NCBI GenBank assembly: GCA_013239625.1
Contig: MU053444.1
Coordinates: forward strand, 451,822-472,706
Direction of reading: 5' to 3'
Origin: Lama guanicoe
Taxonomy: Eukaryota
Length of the DNA: 20,885 nt
Positions 9,713-20,381 of the stretch are shown here, piece by piece (position 1 is the first letter of the stretch; each line of letters opens with the position of its first letter). The translations under genes and the position numbers were made by a program. Below the pieces are notes generated by a model. The model did not search any database, was not told the DNA's origin, and saw nothing but the letters and a program-made list of their open reading frames with translations.

Positions 9713-10791
9713 TGTAAAGAAAAAACTCAGTTTTCCACCGAAGAGTGTCCTTTACTGTCACATAGAACACTCACACAGAACACTTCCGGTCATCAAACTT
9801 GTGGAGGTTTTTCCTCGTTGCAAGTAATTCTCTGGGACACCAGATGTGTGTCTTACTATATACCTGGAGATAGTGTCAGGTCTCTCTCTATATATATATA
9901 AAGGCTCATCCCACAAGACTTCTCCTACCCTACTACAATTTGATGCCAATCGCAGGTAATAGGTCCCGAGGTTACACACAACTTCTGTCCAATTTGGCTA
10001 CAAACTGGAGGTTCCCACAACCCTCAGGTTTGGTTAATTTCCTAGAGCAGCTCATGGAACTTATGCAAACACTTAACATTTATCAGCTTATTAAAAGATA
10101 TAATAAATAATATAAGTAAGTTTCCAGATGAGGTGATACATAGGGCAAGGTCTGAGATTATCCTGATTTGAGGGTCTTCACCCTCATGTTGTGGATGTGT
10201 TCACCAACCTGGAAGCTCCCTGAACCCCATCCTTTCGGGATTTTATGGGGTCTTCCTCACATAGGCATGATCAATTATGAGCTCCTTTTCCAGCCCCTTT
10301 CTGGAAGATGGGGATTGGGACTGAAAATTCCAAGCTTCTATTTTATAGAAAAAATTACTGCGGCTTATTTAAAAAACATTTTTTATTAAGTTTTTGGAGG
10401 GAGGTAATTAGGTTTATTTATTTATTTTTAGTGGAGGTCAGGACCTCATGCTTGCTAAGCATGCTATTTAATGCTGAGCTATATCCTCCCCACTGGAAAT
10501 TTCAAGCTTCAAATTATGGCTTGGTCTTACTGGTGACCAGGCCTCATCCAGGAGCCATCCAAGGGCCTATTCAGAGTCACCTTAGTAGAAAAGATGCTCC
10601 TACTGCTCTTATCACTTAGGATTTACAAGGGTTTCAGGAGCCCTGTGAAAGGGATGGGGTCAAAGGAAAATATGAGAACAAAAGCTGCTTCTAGTGCTCT
10701 TACCACTTAGGAAATTACAAAGGTTTCAGAAGCTCTGTGCCAGGAACCTGGGTCAGAGATGTATATATAATATTCATTCTGTTATCTCACA
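9713..10791 (-). mobile_element. MER21-like ERVL solo LTR
   Basis: Minus start TGTGAGATAACAG..CCCAGGTTCCTGGCACAGAGCT resembles MER21; TG...CA ends; degenerate TSD gcttg / gctat; ERVL pol resumes at 10792. Confidence 0.8.
10341..10492 (-). mobile_element. Camelid tRNA-derived SINE (Vic-1-type)
   Basis: Minus strand GGGGAGGATATAGCTCAG..GCATGCTTAGCAAGCATGAGGTCCTG..AAATAAATAAACCTAATTACCTCCC. TSD tgaaaattccaagcttcta (10322-10340) / tggaaatttcaagcttcaa (10494-10512), 16/19 identical. Confidence 0.88.
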
Positions 10792-11873
10792 GCTATGGAG
10801 GAGAAACAGCAAGACATGCAATTACACTAATTCATGGGCTGTGGTCCATGGTTTGGCTTGATAGTCAGGGACTTGGCAAAAACATGATTGGAAAACTGGT
10901 GACAACAAAGTCTAGAGAAAAGCTAGGTGGACAGACTTTTCTGAATGGGCAAAAAAAAAAAAATGAAAATATTTATGTTCCAGGTAAATGTTCAGTAAGA
11001 GCTGACCTCAGCTGAGAAAGATTTTAATAAATAGACAGTTGATAACATGACCTGTTCTCTGAATGCAGGTCCAGATCTGTTCCCCAGCCACACCTGTCAT
11101 CAACCAATGGGCTCATGAACAAAGTGGCCATGGTGGTAGGGATGGAGGTTCCACATGAGCTCAGCAACACAGGCTTCCACTCACCAAGGCCAACGTGGCT
11201 ATAGCAGCTGCTGAGAGCCCCATGTGCCAGCAGCAGAGACCAGCAGTGCCTGCTATGTGTGTATCTCTCTCTGTCTCTCTCTCTCTATATATAGATATAT
11301 AGATAGATATAGATGTAGATGTAGATATCGATGATACAGATATAAAGATATACATATAGTATATATAAAGATATCTATATGGCACCATTCTCCAGGGTGA
11401 CCAGTCAGCTACCCGGTGATTATATCAGACTGCTTCCATCATGGAAGGGGCATGGTATTCTGCACAGCATTGCTTCTGATCAAGGAACACTCTTCACAGC
11501 AAATGAAGTGAGGTAATAAGTCCATGCTTATGGGGTTCATTAGTCATTCCACTTTCTCTACCATCCTGAAGCAGGTGGCTTGATTGAATGTATTGAAGAT
11601 TCAGTTACACTGCCAGCTGGGTGGCAATACCTTGCATAAACTGAGGCAAGGTTCTCCAGGAGGCTGTATGTGCTTGGAATCAGCATTGGGTATTTGGTGC
11701 TATTTCCCCTGCAGCCAGGAGTCACAGGCCATGGAATCAAGGGGTAGAGATGAGACTTGCACTACTCACTATTACCACAATGACTCTGTAACAATTTTTT
11801 TTTTCTTTTTGCTTCCTGTCCCACCAACCTTCTGCTCTGCTGGCCTCGAGATATCAGGTCCAAAGGGAGGATG
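10792..11873 (+). pseudogene. pol: ERVL pol fragment 4: RNase H end and integrase
   Basis: SWAVVHGLA*.SGTWQKHDWKTGD, integrase zinc-finger region QWAHEQSGHGGRDGG..AESPMCQQQRP, core HGILHSIASDQGTLFTANEV and HPEAGGLIE, then FLLPVPPTFCSAGLE. Confidence 0.92.
11254..11380. repeat. Compound microsatellite (CT)n/(TA)n/(TAGA)n
   Basis: Directly visible; interrupts the integrase just after the CQQQRP motif. Confidence 0.9.
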
Positions 11874-12985
11874 CAAGCTGGACATAACCCAGAAGTTGAT
11901 TGAGCATCCTCTGATATGCTCTTTTATTCCTGCCATGCAGGTCTCTTTCTCTCTCATTTCTCTCTGTACAGATTTCCTCAGTTATTTTGGATTTCTAGCC
12001 ATGGGAAGTCTTGGCTTTCAGTTTTTGTCTATCTAATCACCCACAGAGTGGGCCTTCTCGGTGGGTCACAAGGGAAAGAAAACCCAGCAGTCAGCCTCAT
12101 AGGCAGCTGCCTTCTCCCCCAGGGAATGCCAGTCAGTGTCCCTGGGTTCAGAGTCCACAAATAAGAGATCATTTAGTCCATGGCCTGGGTCAAGGCCTAT
12201 GATGCCAAGGTTAGTCCTCTGGTTGGTAAACAGCAGGACTAAGCAAAACTCAGGTACTTTGGCTAGAGGGTTTGTACTGGATGAACAGTTGAGTTACCTC
12301 CTCTGGTCACTTGAAGGGACAGATCCTTTTTTCTTACTCATCAGCATTTGGGCCACAGGCCACCATGAATGTGCCTCTAGATACCCTTGAGGGTCAGAAG
12401 AGCATGTGCAATGGCAGGAGGGGAAGAGCAGCAGAGATGGAAAAGGCTGCTACCCTTGTCTGAACAACACCAGCTCATTAGGCAACTGGGCTACCATGCT
12501 TAATTCTCCCTGGAGTGGTAGTCTCCTGCCTTTCCACAAGGAGCCATTCACGTGCCCGGTGGTGCACAACAACCATGGTAGGTAACAGTACCCTGAGCAG
12601 CCAGGGATGGTCACCAGGCTCCACGCAGCAAATAGAGTTACTCTGGTAGGTGGGGCTCAAGTTCTGAGTAGTTGGGGTGCTGTGTTGTCACCACTTTTAC
12701 AGGCAGGAGCCTCACAGACCATCTGCTAAACAGACTGAGAAGTCACACAGGGACATAGCAAATGAACAATTCTCTTTTAGGAACAAGAGCTTTTAGAGTG
12801 GGAAGAGATAGTGACACCCAAAAAAGAACACAAAGCAGAGCAGGCCAAAGTACAAGCCTGCCAGCAACTGGTGGTTCTGTCCCAAGTGGCCCCTGCCATA
12901 TCACAGAGCCAGTTAGCCAAGAGCAATCAGCCAACGCTGACTAGGTGACCGTGGTCAGGCATGGACAAGTCTGTTCATGATTCCA
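11874..12985 (-). mobile_element. Internal leader/gag 5' part of a second class III ERVL-like provirus
   Basis: Lies immediately downstream (minus) of a PBS and LTR and has retroviral leader-like composition. No clean protein motif read. Confidence 0.6.
12968..12985 (-). promoter_or_regulatory. Degenerate primer-binding site, tRNA-Ser(CGA)-like
   Basis: Minus strand TGGAATCATGAACAGACT versus recalled TGGCGTCACGAACAGGAT (13/18), 2 nt from the LTR end. Confidence 0.6.
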
Positions 12986-12987
12986 AC

Positions 12988-13494
12988 TGCCTCCTAGGCA
13001 GTCTGTTGGTGGCAAGATTCCTGCCCTGGGGTAATGAAATAGCTGAATACCCGCCATCTCACACTGGACAGATGAGACCTACGTAAGTTTACTAGTCATA
13101 CACACTCATAGGCAAGGCTGTAAGGGCACAGGCCATCCAGGGCCACACGGGCACTGCACTCGGGAGCAGAGGGAACATCCAGGGGTTATGGGAAGTGGGC
13201 TCTGCTGTATCAAGAGGGTGCAGTGACCCCTGGTTCCTGTGGGAGGATGTGAATGACGTTTCTGTATAATTCTGCGGGCTGCTTGGGAAGTGAAACTTGC
13301 TACTCAGGGATAAACAAGAACCTCACCTACTTGGTCCTTTTGATAAGGAAGAAGGTTTGTCTGACCACAGGACCTCACCTGTGAGAGAAGAATGCAGATG
13401 GAAGCTTGCAATTAGGCCAACAGAACCCCTCTTGGTTTCAGATGTTAAGAGAGTCATTCAGACTGGGCCTTAATTTCAGGCCACTGTTGCTACA
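12988..13494 (-). mobile_element. ERVL LTR (MER54/MER73/MER74 group)
   Basis: Minus start TGTAGCAACAGTGGCCTGAAATTAAGGCCCAG and end ..CTAGGAGGCA; CCAGGGCCACAC motif shared with the LTR at 2103-2535. Confidence 0.72.
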
Positions 13495-13835
13495 ATTTAA
13501 AGTATTTTGAAGACTATTAAAAACAAACCAAATTTTCATCAGTGGTGTTTATAGTTGCAGTACAAAAACATATGAGTGACAAACAAAACTTTAGTATAGA
13601 AACAAGATGGGTAAGGGGTTTTAAGATAATTCCAAAAAAGATAAGAAGGCTTAGAAAAGCAGAAGGCTGTAACTGAAAATATGCTTTAGTGATTGTCAAT
13701 ATATGATTTCTGAGACTGCATTCCCAGCCCCTCACCATGGGAAAACTGGTACCTAATGATGTGAGTTTTTAATTGTGTAAATATGTAAAAACATAACATC
13801 CTCACAGACTCATCTATACTGCTATACGTGGCACA

Positions 13836-14372
13836 TTTGTTTATTTATTTTAACACACTTCATTTTGTAGAGAACTTTCAGTGTTACAGAAAAAATGAGC
13901 AGAAAGCACAGAGTTCCTATACACCCCTTTACCTCTACCTCCCTCCAGGTTCCCTATTATTAATATCTGCATGAGTGTGCGACATTTGTTACAACTGATG
14001 AGCCAATACTGATACGTTTTTACTAACTACAATCCATAGTTTACATCAGGGTGAACCTTTTGTGTTTTACACTTTGTAGGTTTTGACAAATGGATTATAA
14101 CTTGTAACCACATCACAGTATCCTACAGTATAGTTTCACTGTCCTAACAATTCTCTGTAATCTGCCTGTTCCTCCCTCCCTCTCTCACCCTGAATCCCTG
14201 GCAACCACTGATCTTTTTACTATCTGCATAGTTTTGCCTTCATCAGAATATATTACAGTTGGAGCCATACAGAATAAAGCCCTTTCAGGTTGACTTCTTC
14301 CATTTAGCAATATGCATCTAAGTGTCTTCTTAGAGGAACTCTTTGTTACTTGAGAGCTCATTTCTTTTTACC
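13836..14372 (-). mobile_element. L1MC1/L1MC2-type 3'UTR
   Basis: Diagnostic catttgttacaactgatgagccaatactgatac..ccatagtttacatcagggt..ccctggcaaccactgatctttttact. Confidence 0.88.
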
Positions 14373-14384
14373 ACCTGCCTGAGC

Positions 14385-15598
14385 ATCATATCCTGTAACT
14401 TTACTATGATTGCTTAGAAGTGTCAGGAGGTTTTTTGTTGTTGATTCTTTGGAAATTTTTATATAGACAATCAATGCTATCTGTGAACAAGCACTGTTTG
14501 ACCTCTTCCTTCCAAATCTGTGTATCTTTCATTTCCCTTAATTGTCTTACTGCATTAGCTAGGACTTCCAGAAGGTTGCTGAAAAGACATGGTGAGAGAG
14601 GATCACCTTACCTTGCTCCTTATCTTACAGGGAAAGCATCTAATTTCTCCTCATTAAGTGTGATGTTAGCTGTAGGATGTCTGTAGATGTTCTTTACCAA
14701 GTTAAGAAGTTAATGAAGTTCTTTTATTCCTAAAAGTTTACTAATATTAAAAAAAAAGAATGAGTATTAAGATTTCTTGAAATGCTCTTCTGTATCTATT
14801 GTATGATTATATGATATTTCTTATTATGGCTATTGATATGATGGGTTACATTAATTGATTATCAAATGGTAAACCAGCCATGCATAGCTGAATAATCCCA
14901 CTTTATCATGGCATATAATTCATTTTATACATTATTAGATTCAATCTGCTAATATTTTGTTGAGCATTTCTGCATCTATGTTCATGAGAGATATTGGTCT
15001 GTAGTTTTTCTTTCTTGTATGTGTTTGCCTGGTTTTGCTATGAAAATAATTTTGGCTTCACAGAATGAGTTAGGAAGTATTTCCTCTCCTTTTACATTCT
15101 GTAAGAGACTGCAGAGAATTGGTATCATTTCTTCCTTAACTTGGTAGAATTCACCAGTGACACATGAGGGCTTGATTCTTTCTGATTTGGGAGATTAAAT
15201 ATTGATTCAATTTCTTTAACAAACATATGCCTATTCAGATTTATCTTTCTGTGAGTTTTGGCAGAATTCTTTCTTTTAAGGAATTGGACCATTTCATCTA
15301 GGTTATCAAATGTGTGGACATAGAGTTATCCATATAATTCCTTCATAATCCTTTTGATGACTAGGGGATCCATAGTTATGGCTCTCTTTCATTCCTGATA
15401 TTAGCAATTTGTATCTTCTGTTTTTCTTAGTTAACCTGCCTGGAGATTTATCAATGTTCTTGACCTTCTCAAAGAACCAGCTTTTGGTTTAACTGATTTT
15501 CTCTATTGGTTTCCTGTTTTCCATTTCACTGATTTCCATTCTAAGTGTCATCATTCTTTTGTTTTATATACTTCAGACACAATGTGCTCTTCTTTTAT
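14385..15598 (-). mobile_element. L1MC ORF2 RT-region remnant, joined to the 3'UTR by an internal deletion
   Basis: Typical antisense L1 ORF2 text (gctaggacttccag.., ttcatgagagatattggtctgtagttt, tagaattcaccagtga, aaagaaccagcttttgg) and a degraded LFADD motif near 14470-14490. Confidence 0.9.
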
Positions 15599-16348
15599 GT
15601 AATCTGATCATGTAATTAGCCTATTACCTTTGCATTGTCAATAAAAGCACAATTCTAGTTCTACTTCATCCCTGCTCCAGCCCACTCCTCCTTCTCATAG
15701 AGTCAAAATACATTAAGGGCCAAGGTCCCACTCTGGGTACATCAGGCCACTCAGTTCACGGTCCAATTTAAAGCCCTGAGTGGTCTAGCCTGAAACTTCT
15801 TTCTTGGAGCCTGTCTTAGAGAGCAGTTGCTTACAGAGGGTTTGGATCAAATTTAGGATGAAGGTTAGAATATTCAAATATGTACATTCAAGGCACATCA
15901 CAGTTTGAAATGAACCATCTGTGAAAAGATAAAAGGGGCAGTGGGACTAGGGCTACATATTCCCATGCACAGAATACATTTTATTGAACATTTTTTAATT
16001 TTGATTTATGAGTTTTAAAAAGGTTAGACATTAGCTTTGTGGACTTCCTTTTAAACTGTTGCTTCAGGCACTACACACAAAGGGTACTTACCTGATGTTG
16101 TAATAGCTACTAAACTAGGAGCATCTATTTTCTACTCACAATTATATTAAGTTCTGTATTGTATGAGAAACTTACACAGCTTCTATAATGTACATAATCA
16201 TGTCCTGTGAATTTCAGAGATACCACATGTGTTTATTGCTGTTGCTCTAACTATTCAATTTATCTCTGCTTTTTAAAAGCTTCATATTCAAACAGTTGCC
16301 AGGATTAGGGTGGCAGAAAGGCTATCATTATTAACCCATGGGAACTTC

Positions 16349-17128
16349 TTTTTAAAACATTTTTTATTGAGTTATAAAGTTCTTGTATTCCTGTGCTATA
16401 CAGTATAACCTTGCTTATCTACTGTACATTTTGAAATCCCAATCTGTCCCTGTCCCTTCCCACCCACCCCACCCCCTTGGCAACCACAAGTTTGTATTGT
16501 ATTCTTATGAGTCAGTTTCTGTTTTGTATTTATGTTCTTTTTTTTTCTTTTTTTTNNNNNNNNNNNNNNNNNNNNNNNNNNNNNNNNNNNNNNNNNNNNN
16601 NNNNNNNNNNNNNNNNNNNNNNNNNNNNNNNNNNNNNNNNNNNNNNNNNNNNNNNNNNNNNNNNNNNNNNNNNNNNNNNNNCAGTGGCTGCACCAAACTG
16701 CATTCCCACCAGCAGTATAGGAGGGTTCCCTTTTCTCTACAGCCTCTCCAGGATTTGTCATTTGTGGATTTTTGAATGATGGCCATTTTGACTGGTGTGA
16801 GGTGATATCTCATTGTAGTTTTGATTTGTATTTATCTGATAATTAGTGATATTGAACATTTTTTATGTGCCTATTGATCATTTGTATTTCTTCCTTGGAG
16901 AATTGCTTATTTAAGTCTTCTGCCCAGTTTTGAATTGGGTTGTTTGTTTCTTTCTTATTAAGTTGTATGAGCTGCTTATATATTCTGGAGATTAAGCCTT
17001 TGCTAGTTTCATTTGCAAAAAATTTCTCCCATTCCATAGGTAGTTTTTTTTGTTTTACTTATGGTTTCCTTTACTCTGCAGAGGCTTGTAAGTTTCATTA
17101 GGTCTCATTTGTTTATTTTTTCTATTTC
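16349..17128 (-). mobile_element. Camelid-type young L1 3' end (ORF2 C-terminus and 3'UTR), spanning a gap
   Basis: MRYHLTPVKMAIIQKSTNDKSWRGCREKGTLLYCWWECSLVQPL; 3'UTR aacattttttattgagttata..ctgtgctatacagtataa..cccttggcaaccacaagtttgtatt. Confidence 0.92.
16556..16681. other. Assembly gap (126 N)
   Basis: Run of N. Confidence 1.
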
Positions 17129-17249
17129 TAGGGTTTGAGGTAAAAAAAGAAAAACAAGAAACAAAGTGCCTGACATAGCAGGAAAAAGGAGAGGAAACAT
17201 ATTAGAACAGATACATTTGGTTTCCAATGTCTGATGAATAACAGCAAAT

Positions 17250-17722
17250 ATTAAAATCTGAATCTGTCCACGTATCCTCTAAAAAACTAACAGGATCAAT
17301 ATTAGGAGAGCAAATAAAATTAATGACAACATCCCATGACTTTAGAATAATAAGGAGATACAAAATGTTACTAACTTCAAATCATCATTAAGTAAGCAAA
17401 TAAATATTCAAATATAGAAGCTGAGAGCCACATCTATGGAAAGAGTCAGCTGGAGACTGTGGAAAACACATGTAAAAGCAGAGACAGAGAATTTAGAGAT
17501 GGTAAACACAAATAATATGACTCCCAGAAAGAAAAAGTCCCACTATGAGTTGGAAAGTATTGAGATGATGTCTCAGTTCTGGGGGATGACAGCTCAGACT
17601 ACTGGGAAATCCAAAAGAATGGATCTGTAGTATGTGGGAACTAAGGAAGTAAGAGCTGATCAAAGTGAGGAATAAACATAAAAATAAAGTGATTTAGAAT
17701 AGCAACTAAATTACAAGGAGCC
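17250..17722 (+). mobile_element. Probable very old L1ME/HAL1-like 5' region
   Basis: A-rich sequence that is continuous, across the MLT1A TSD, with the downstream ORF1/ORF2 remnants. Family assignment is weak. Confidence 0.4.
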
Positions 17723-18117
17723 TGGTGTAGACTGGACTATGTCCCTTCCCCAATGCAGATATTGAAGTCCTAACCCTGATGTGGCTAAATTTGGAGATAG
17801 ATCCTTTAAGGAAGTAATTAAGGTTAAATGAGGTCATAAGGGTGGAGCACTAATCCCATGGGAATAACATTCTTATTAGAAGAGGAAGAGAAACCAGATC
17901 TCACTTGTTCTCCATGTGCACACAGAGAAAAGGCCATGTGAGAATGTAGTGAAAAGGTGTGGCTTGCAAGCTGAGCAGAGAGGCCTTGACAGAAATCAAC
18001 CCTGCTGGCACCTTCACCTTGAACATTCAGTCTCTAGAACTTTGAGAAATTCAAGTTCTGTCATGTAGCCACCCCGAGTGTGGTGTTTTGTCATAGCAGC
18101 CCAAGCAGACTAACAGA
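17723..18117 (+). mobile_element. MLT1A/MLT1A0 MaLR solo LTR
   Basis: tttggagatagatcctttaaggaagtaattaaggttaaatgaggtcataagggtgg..cagaaatcaaccctgctggcacctt..atagcagcccaagcagactaa; perfect 5-bp TSD GAGCC (17718-17722 / 18118-18122). Confidence 0.93.
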
Positions 18118-20381
18118 GAGCCCAGAGAGAAAACACACTTGACTAAAATTTTTAATAAACAGCAATGAAAAAGGGCATTAAAGCAGCAAAAGAGCAACCA
18201 AAGATTAAAAGGAAAAAAAAGAAGAAACTGAAACAAACAAAGTTCTGGATAAAGACAGCAGACTGCAAAATAATGTAAGAAATAAAAAATTAAAAATGAC
18301 TGTAGCATCTAAAGAGAATAATGAAATAAATCTAAAATTAAAAACCATAATCTAGAAAAATTGTCCAGAAGTAAAAGAATTCCTAATCCACATTTTCAAA
18401 ATGACCACCCTGAACCTGAGAAAACTGACCTGAAACAGTCCTCTTAAATACTTACCTTAATAAAGCCACTAGATCTTCAAGAAGAAGAAAAAGGGCTCTG
18501 GACAAGAATGAGGATGTTGGAAAAAAAGATCAAGTCTCAACAAACAAACAAATGTAGTTTTGGCAATAGACTTTGTCACCAGTAAACAAAGCAAAAATAA
18601 GTGGAGCAACATTTTCAAGAAAATAAAGTGTATGAAGGACTGTTACCCATCATGTATTACCCTTTGAGGAGCAAGGCTCTGAGAGGATGTAAACCAATTT
18701 AGATATTCACAAACACAGGTAACACTGTTATCATGAAACCTTACAGAAAGGGAGAAACTGCAAGCAACCAAGACTTGACAGGAAAAGCTGGCAGAAAAAC
18801 TGAGCAGTGAGTACATTCAATTGTAGTTCTGAAACCAATGTTATGTGCCCTGGTGAAGTGGAAATAATGTAACAAGCTACAGGAAACAGGAAAGAAAAGA
18901 CAGGAAGTACAAATAAGCTCAAGCTCAGAAAATAAAACTAATCAGGGTCTAAGGACGTCACTATAAGCCAAAAAGTCAATTAGAAGATTAAGGGAAAAAA
19001 GGACAACTAAGGCTATTATATCAATATAGAAGTAATACTAAAACAAAAGCATCAGAATTTCCTAATTACAGCCATACAAAAAGAACAAAGAAAAAAGACC
19101 AAATAGAAAAACTTGGTAAATGTGATACGCATTGAATGTAACAATAGGACAAAACTGAAACCTAACATACAAGTCATGTCAATAAATATGACTAGGCTTA
19201 ACCCACTAATTAAATTCGCTTTTGATTTTCAAACTGAGTCATGGACAAAGCATAAATCTCTGCTGTAAAGGGAAAACATACTTAAGCAAAATGGTACAAA
19301 AGGGCTAAAATCAATGAGATGAACAGTATGATTCCAGACAAAATGAATCAAGAAGGAAGCAGAGGGGCAATCTTGTCATCAGAAGGACAAAGAAACACTT
19401 ACAATGCTAAAATCTATAAATTTGAATGGAGAAATAATAGACCAAACAACCTTCATAAAGCAGAATTCAGAGAAGTAAGGTAAAATAGAAACACACTAAT
19501 AAGATAAGTGTTTCAAGAATAATCAAGGCAAAACATTAGGGGCATCAAACAGAAATATAACAACATGTATTATGAATCCATATCTAATTTTATAATATCA
19601 AAACCTGTAATAGAAAATATACTTGCATCTCAAGGTATATGGAACATTCGCAAAAACTGATCCAGGTAACACACCACACACAGGTAATAATGCAGTAAAA
19701 CTAGCAATTAATGGTGAAGAATGAGCTTCCATCTGGACCTGAAAAACAAACAACTCTCTAGCAAACTGCTCTTTGGTGAGAGGAAAAACAAGCCAGAGCT
19801 GAAGAAGTTCCAAAACAAAAACTAATAAAAATATTACTTATGAGGATGTATGAGATATTTGTACTGGTCAGAAGAAATTCCATAGCATGAGGTGTTGATA
19901 TCAAGGAAAAAAGAAAGAATGAAAGCAAGCGAATTTTTGACTCAAAAACAAACAAACAAACAAACAACCTAGAAAAAGACAAAAGGAATGTAAAAGAAAA
20001 TAGACAGATATTCTTCTCTACACCCCTGTTGAGTATCTGGAAGTGTCCCTAAAGCAGTGCTACTGAAAAGTGGGGTTTGTAAATTGCTGCCAGTCAACAT
20101 AATGCAACAAGTAGATGGCATGATAAATACAAAGATTGAGAGCAACCATTTAGAAACTTTCATAGCAATCAATGAACCTGTGAACACCTTTTATTTCTGC
20201 AGTTTCCTTAGATTAGAAGTTAATGAAACAGAAACAGAAAAACAGAACAGGTAAGTCAAAAGGCTGGTTCTTTGAAAAAATTCACAAAAAAGACAAATCA
20301 CTAGCGAAACTTATCTGCAGAACAAGAGGGAGAAATCTCAACTACACAAAATAAGAAATGACAAGGAAGAAGCAATCATGG
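18118..20381 (+). mobile_element. Very old L1 (L1ME-like) ORF1 end and ORF2 endonuclease/linker remnant
   Basis: ORF1 C-terminal-like gtggagcaacattttcaa at about 18600; endonuclease start KPNIQVMSINMTRLNPLIK (compare ISIITLNVNGLNSPIK) at about 19157-19215; GWFFEK and IRNDKE motifs at 20260-20370. Confidence 0.78.
20055..20169 (+). mobile_element. hAT-Charlie DNA transposon fragment (Charlie4/MER80-like left end)
   Basis: CAGTGCTACTGAAAAGTG TIR-like start after ccctaaag, then gataaatacaaagattgagagcaaccatttagaaactttcatagcaat. Confidence 0.7.

Noticed and set aside
10430..10492. tRNA-like sequence as a tRNA gene
   Set aside because: It is the head of the SINE: no B box or T arm, followed by the SINE tail and flanked by a TSD.
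11584..12036. 150-aa ORF, the longest in the window, as a domesticated or novel gene
   Set aside because: Non-ATG start, only partly in the integrase frame, and it crosses a junction into antisense sequence of another element. A chance ORF.
13495..13835. Unassigned AT-rich interval with ORF 13517-13738
   Set aside because: No recognisable domain or convincing splice structure; likely unique spacer or highly decayed repeat.
18448..18457. ATACTTACCT resembling the 5' end of U1 snRNA
   Set aside because: Only 10 nt, with no downstream U1 sequence; it lies in L1 ORF1 debris.
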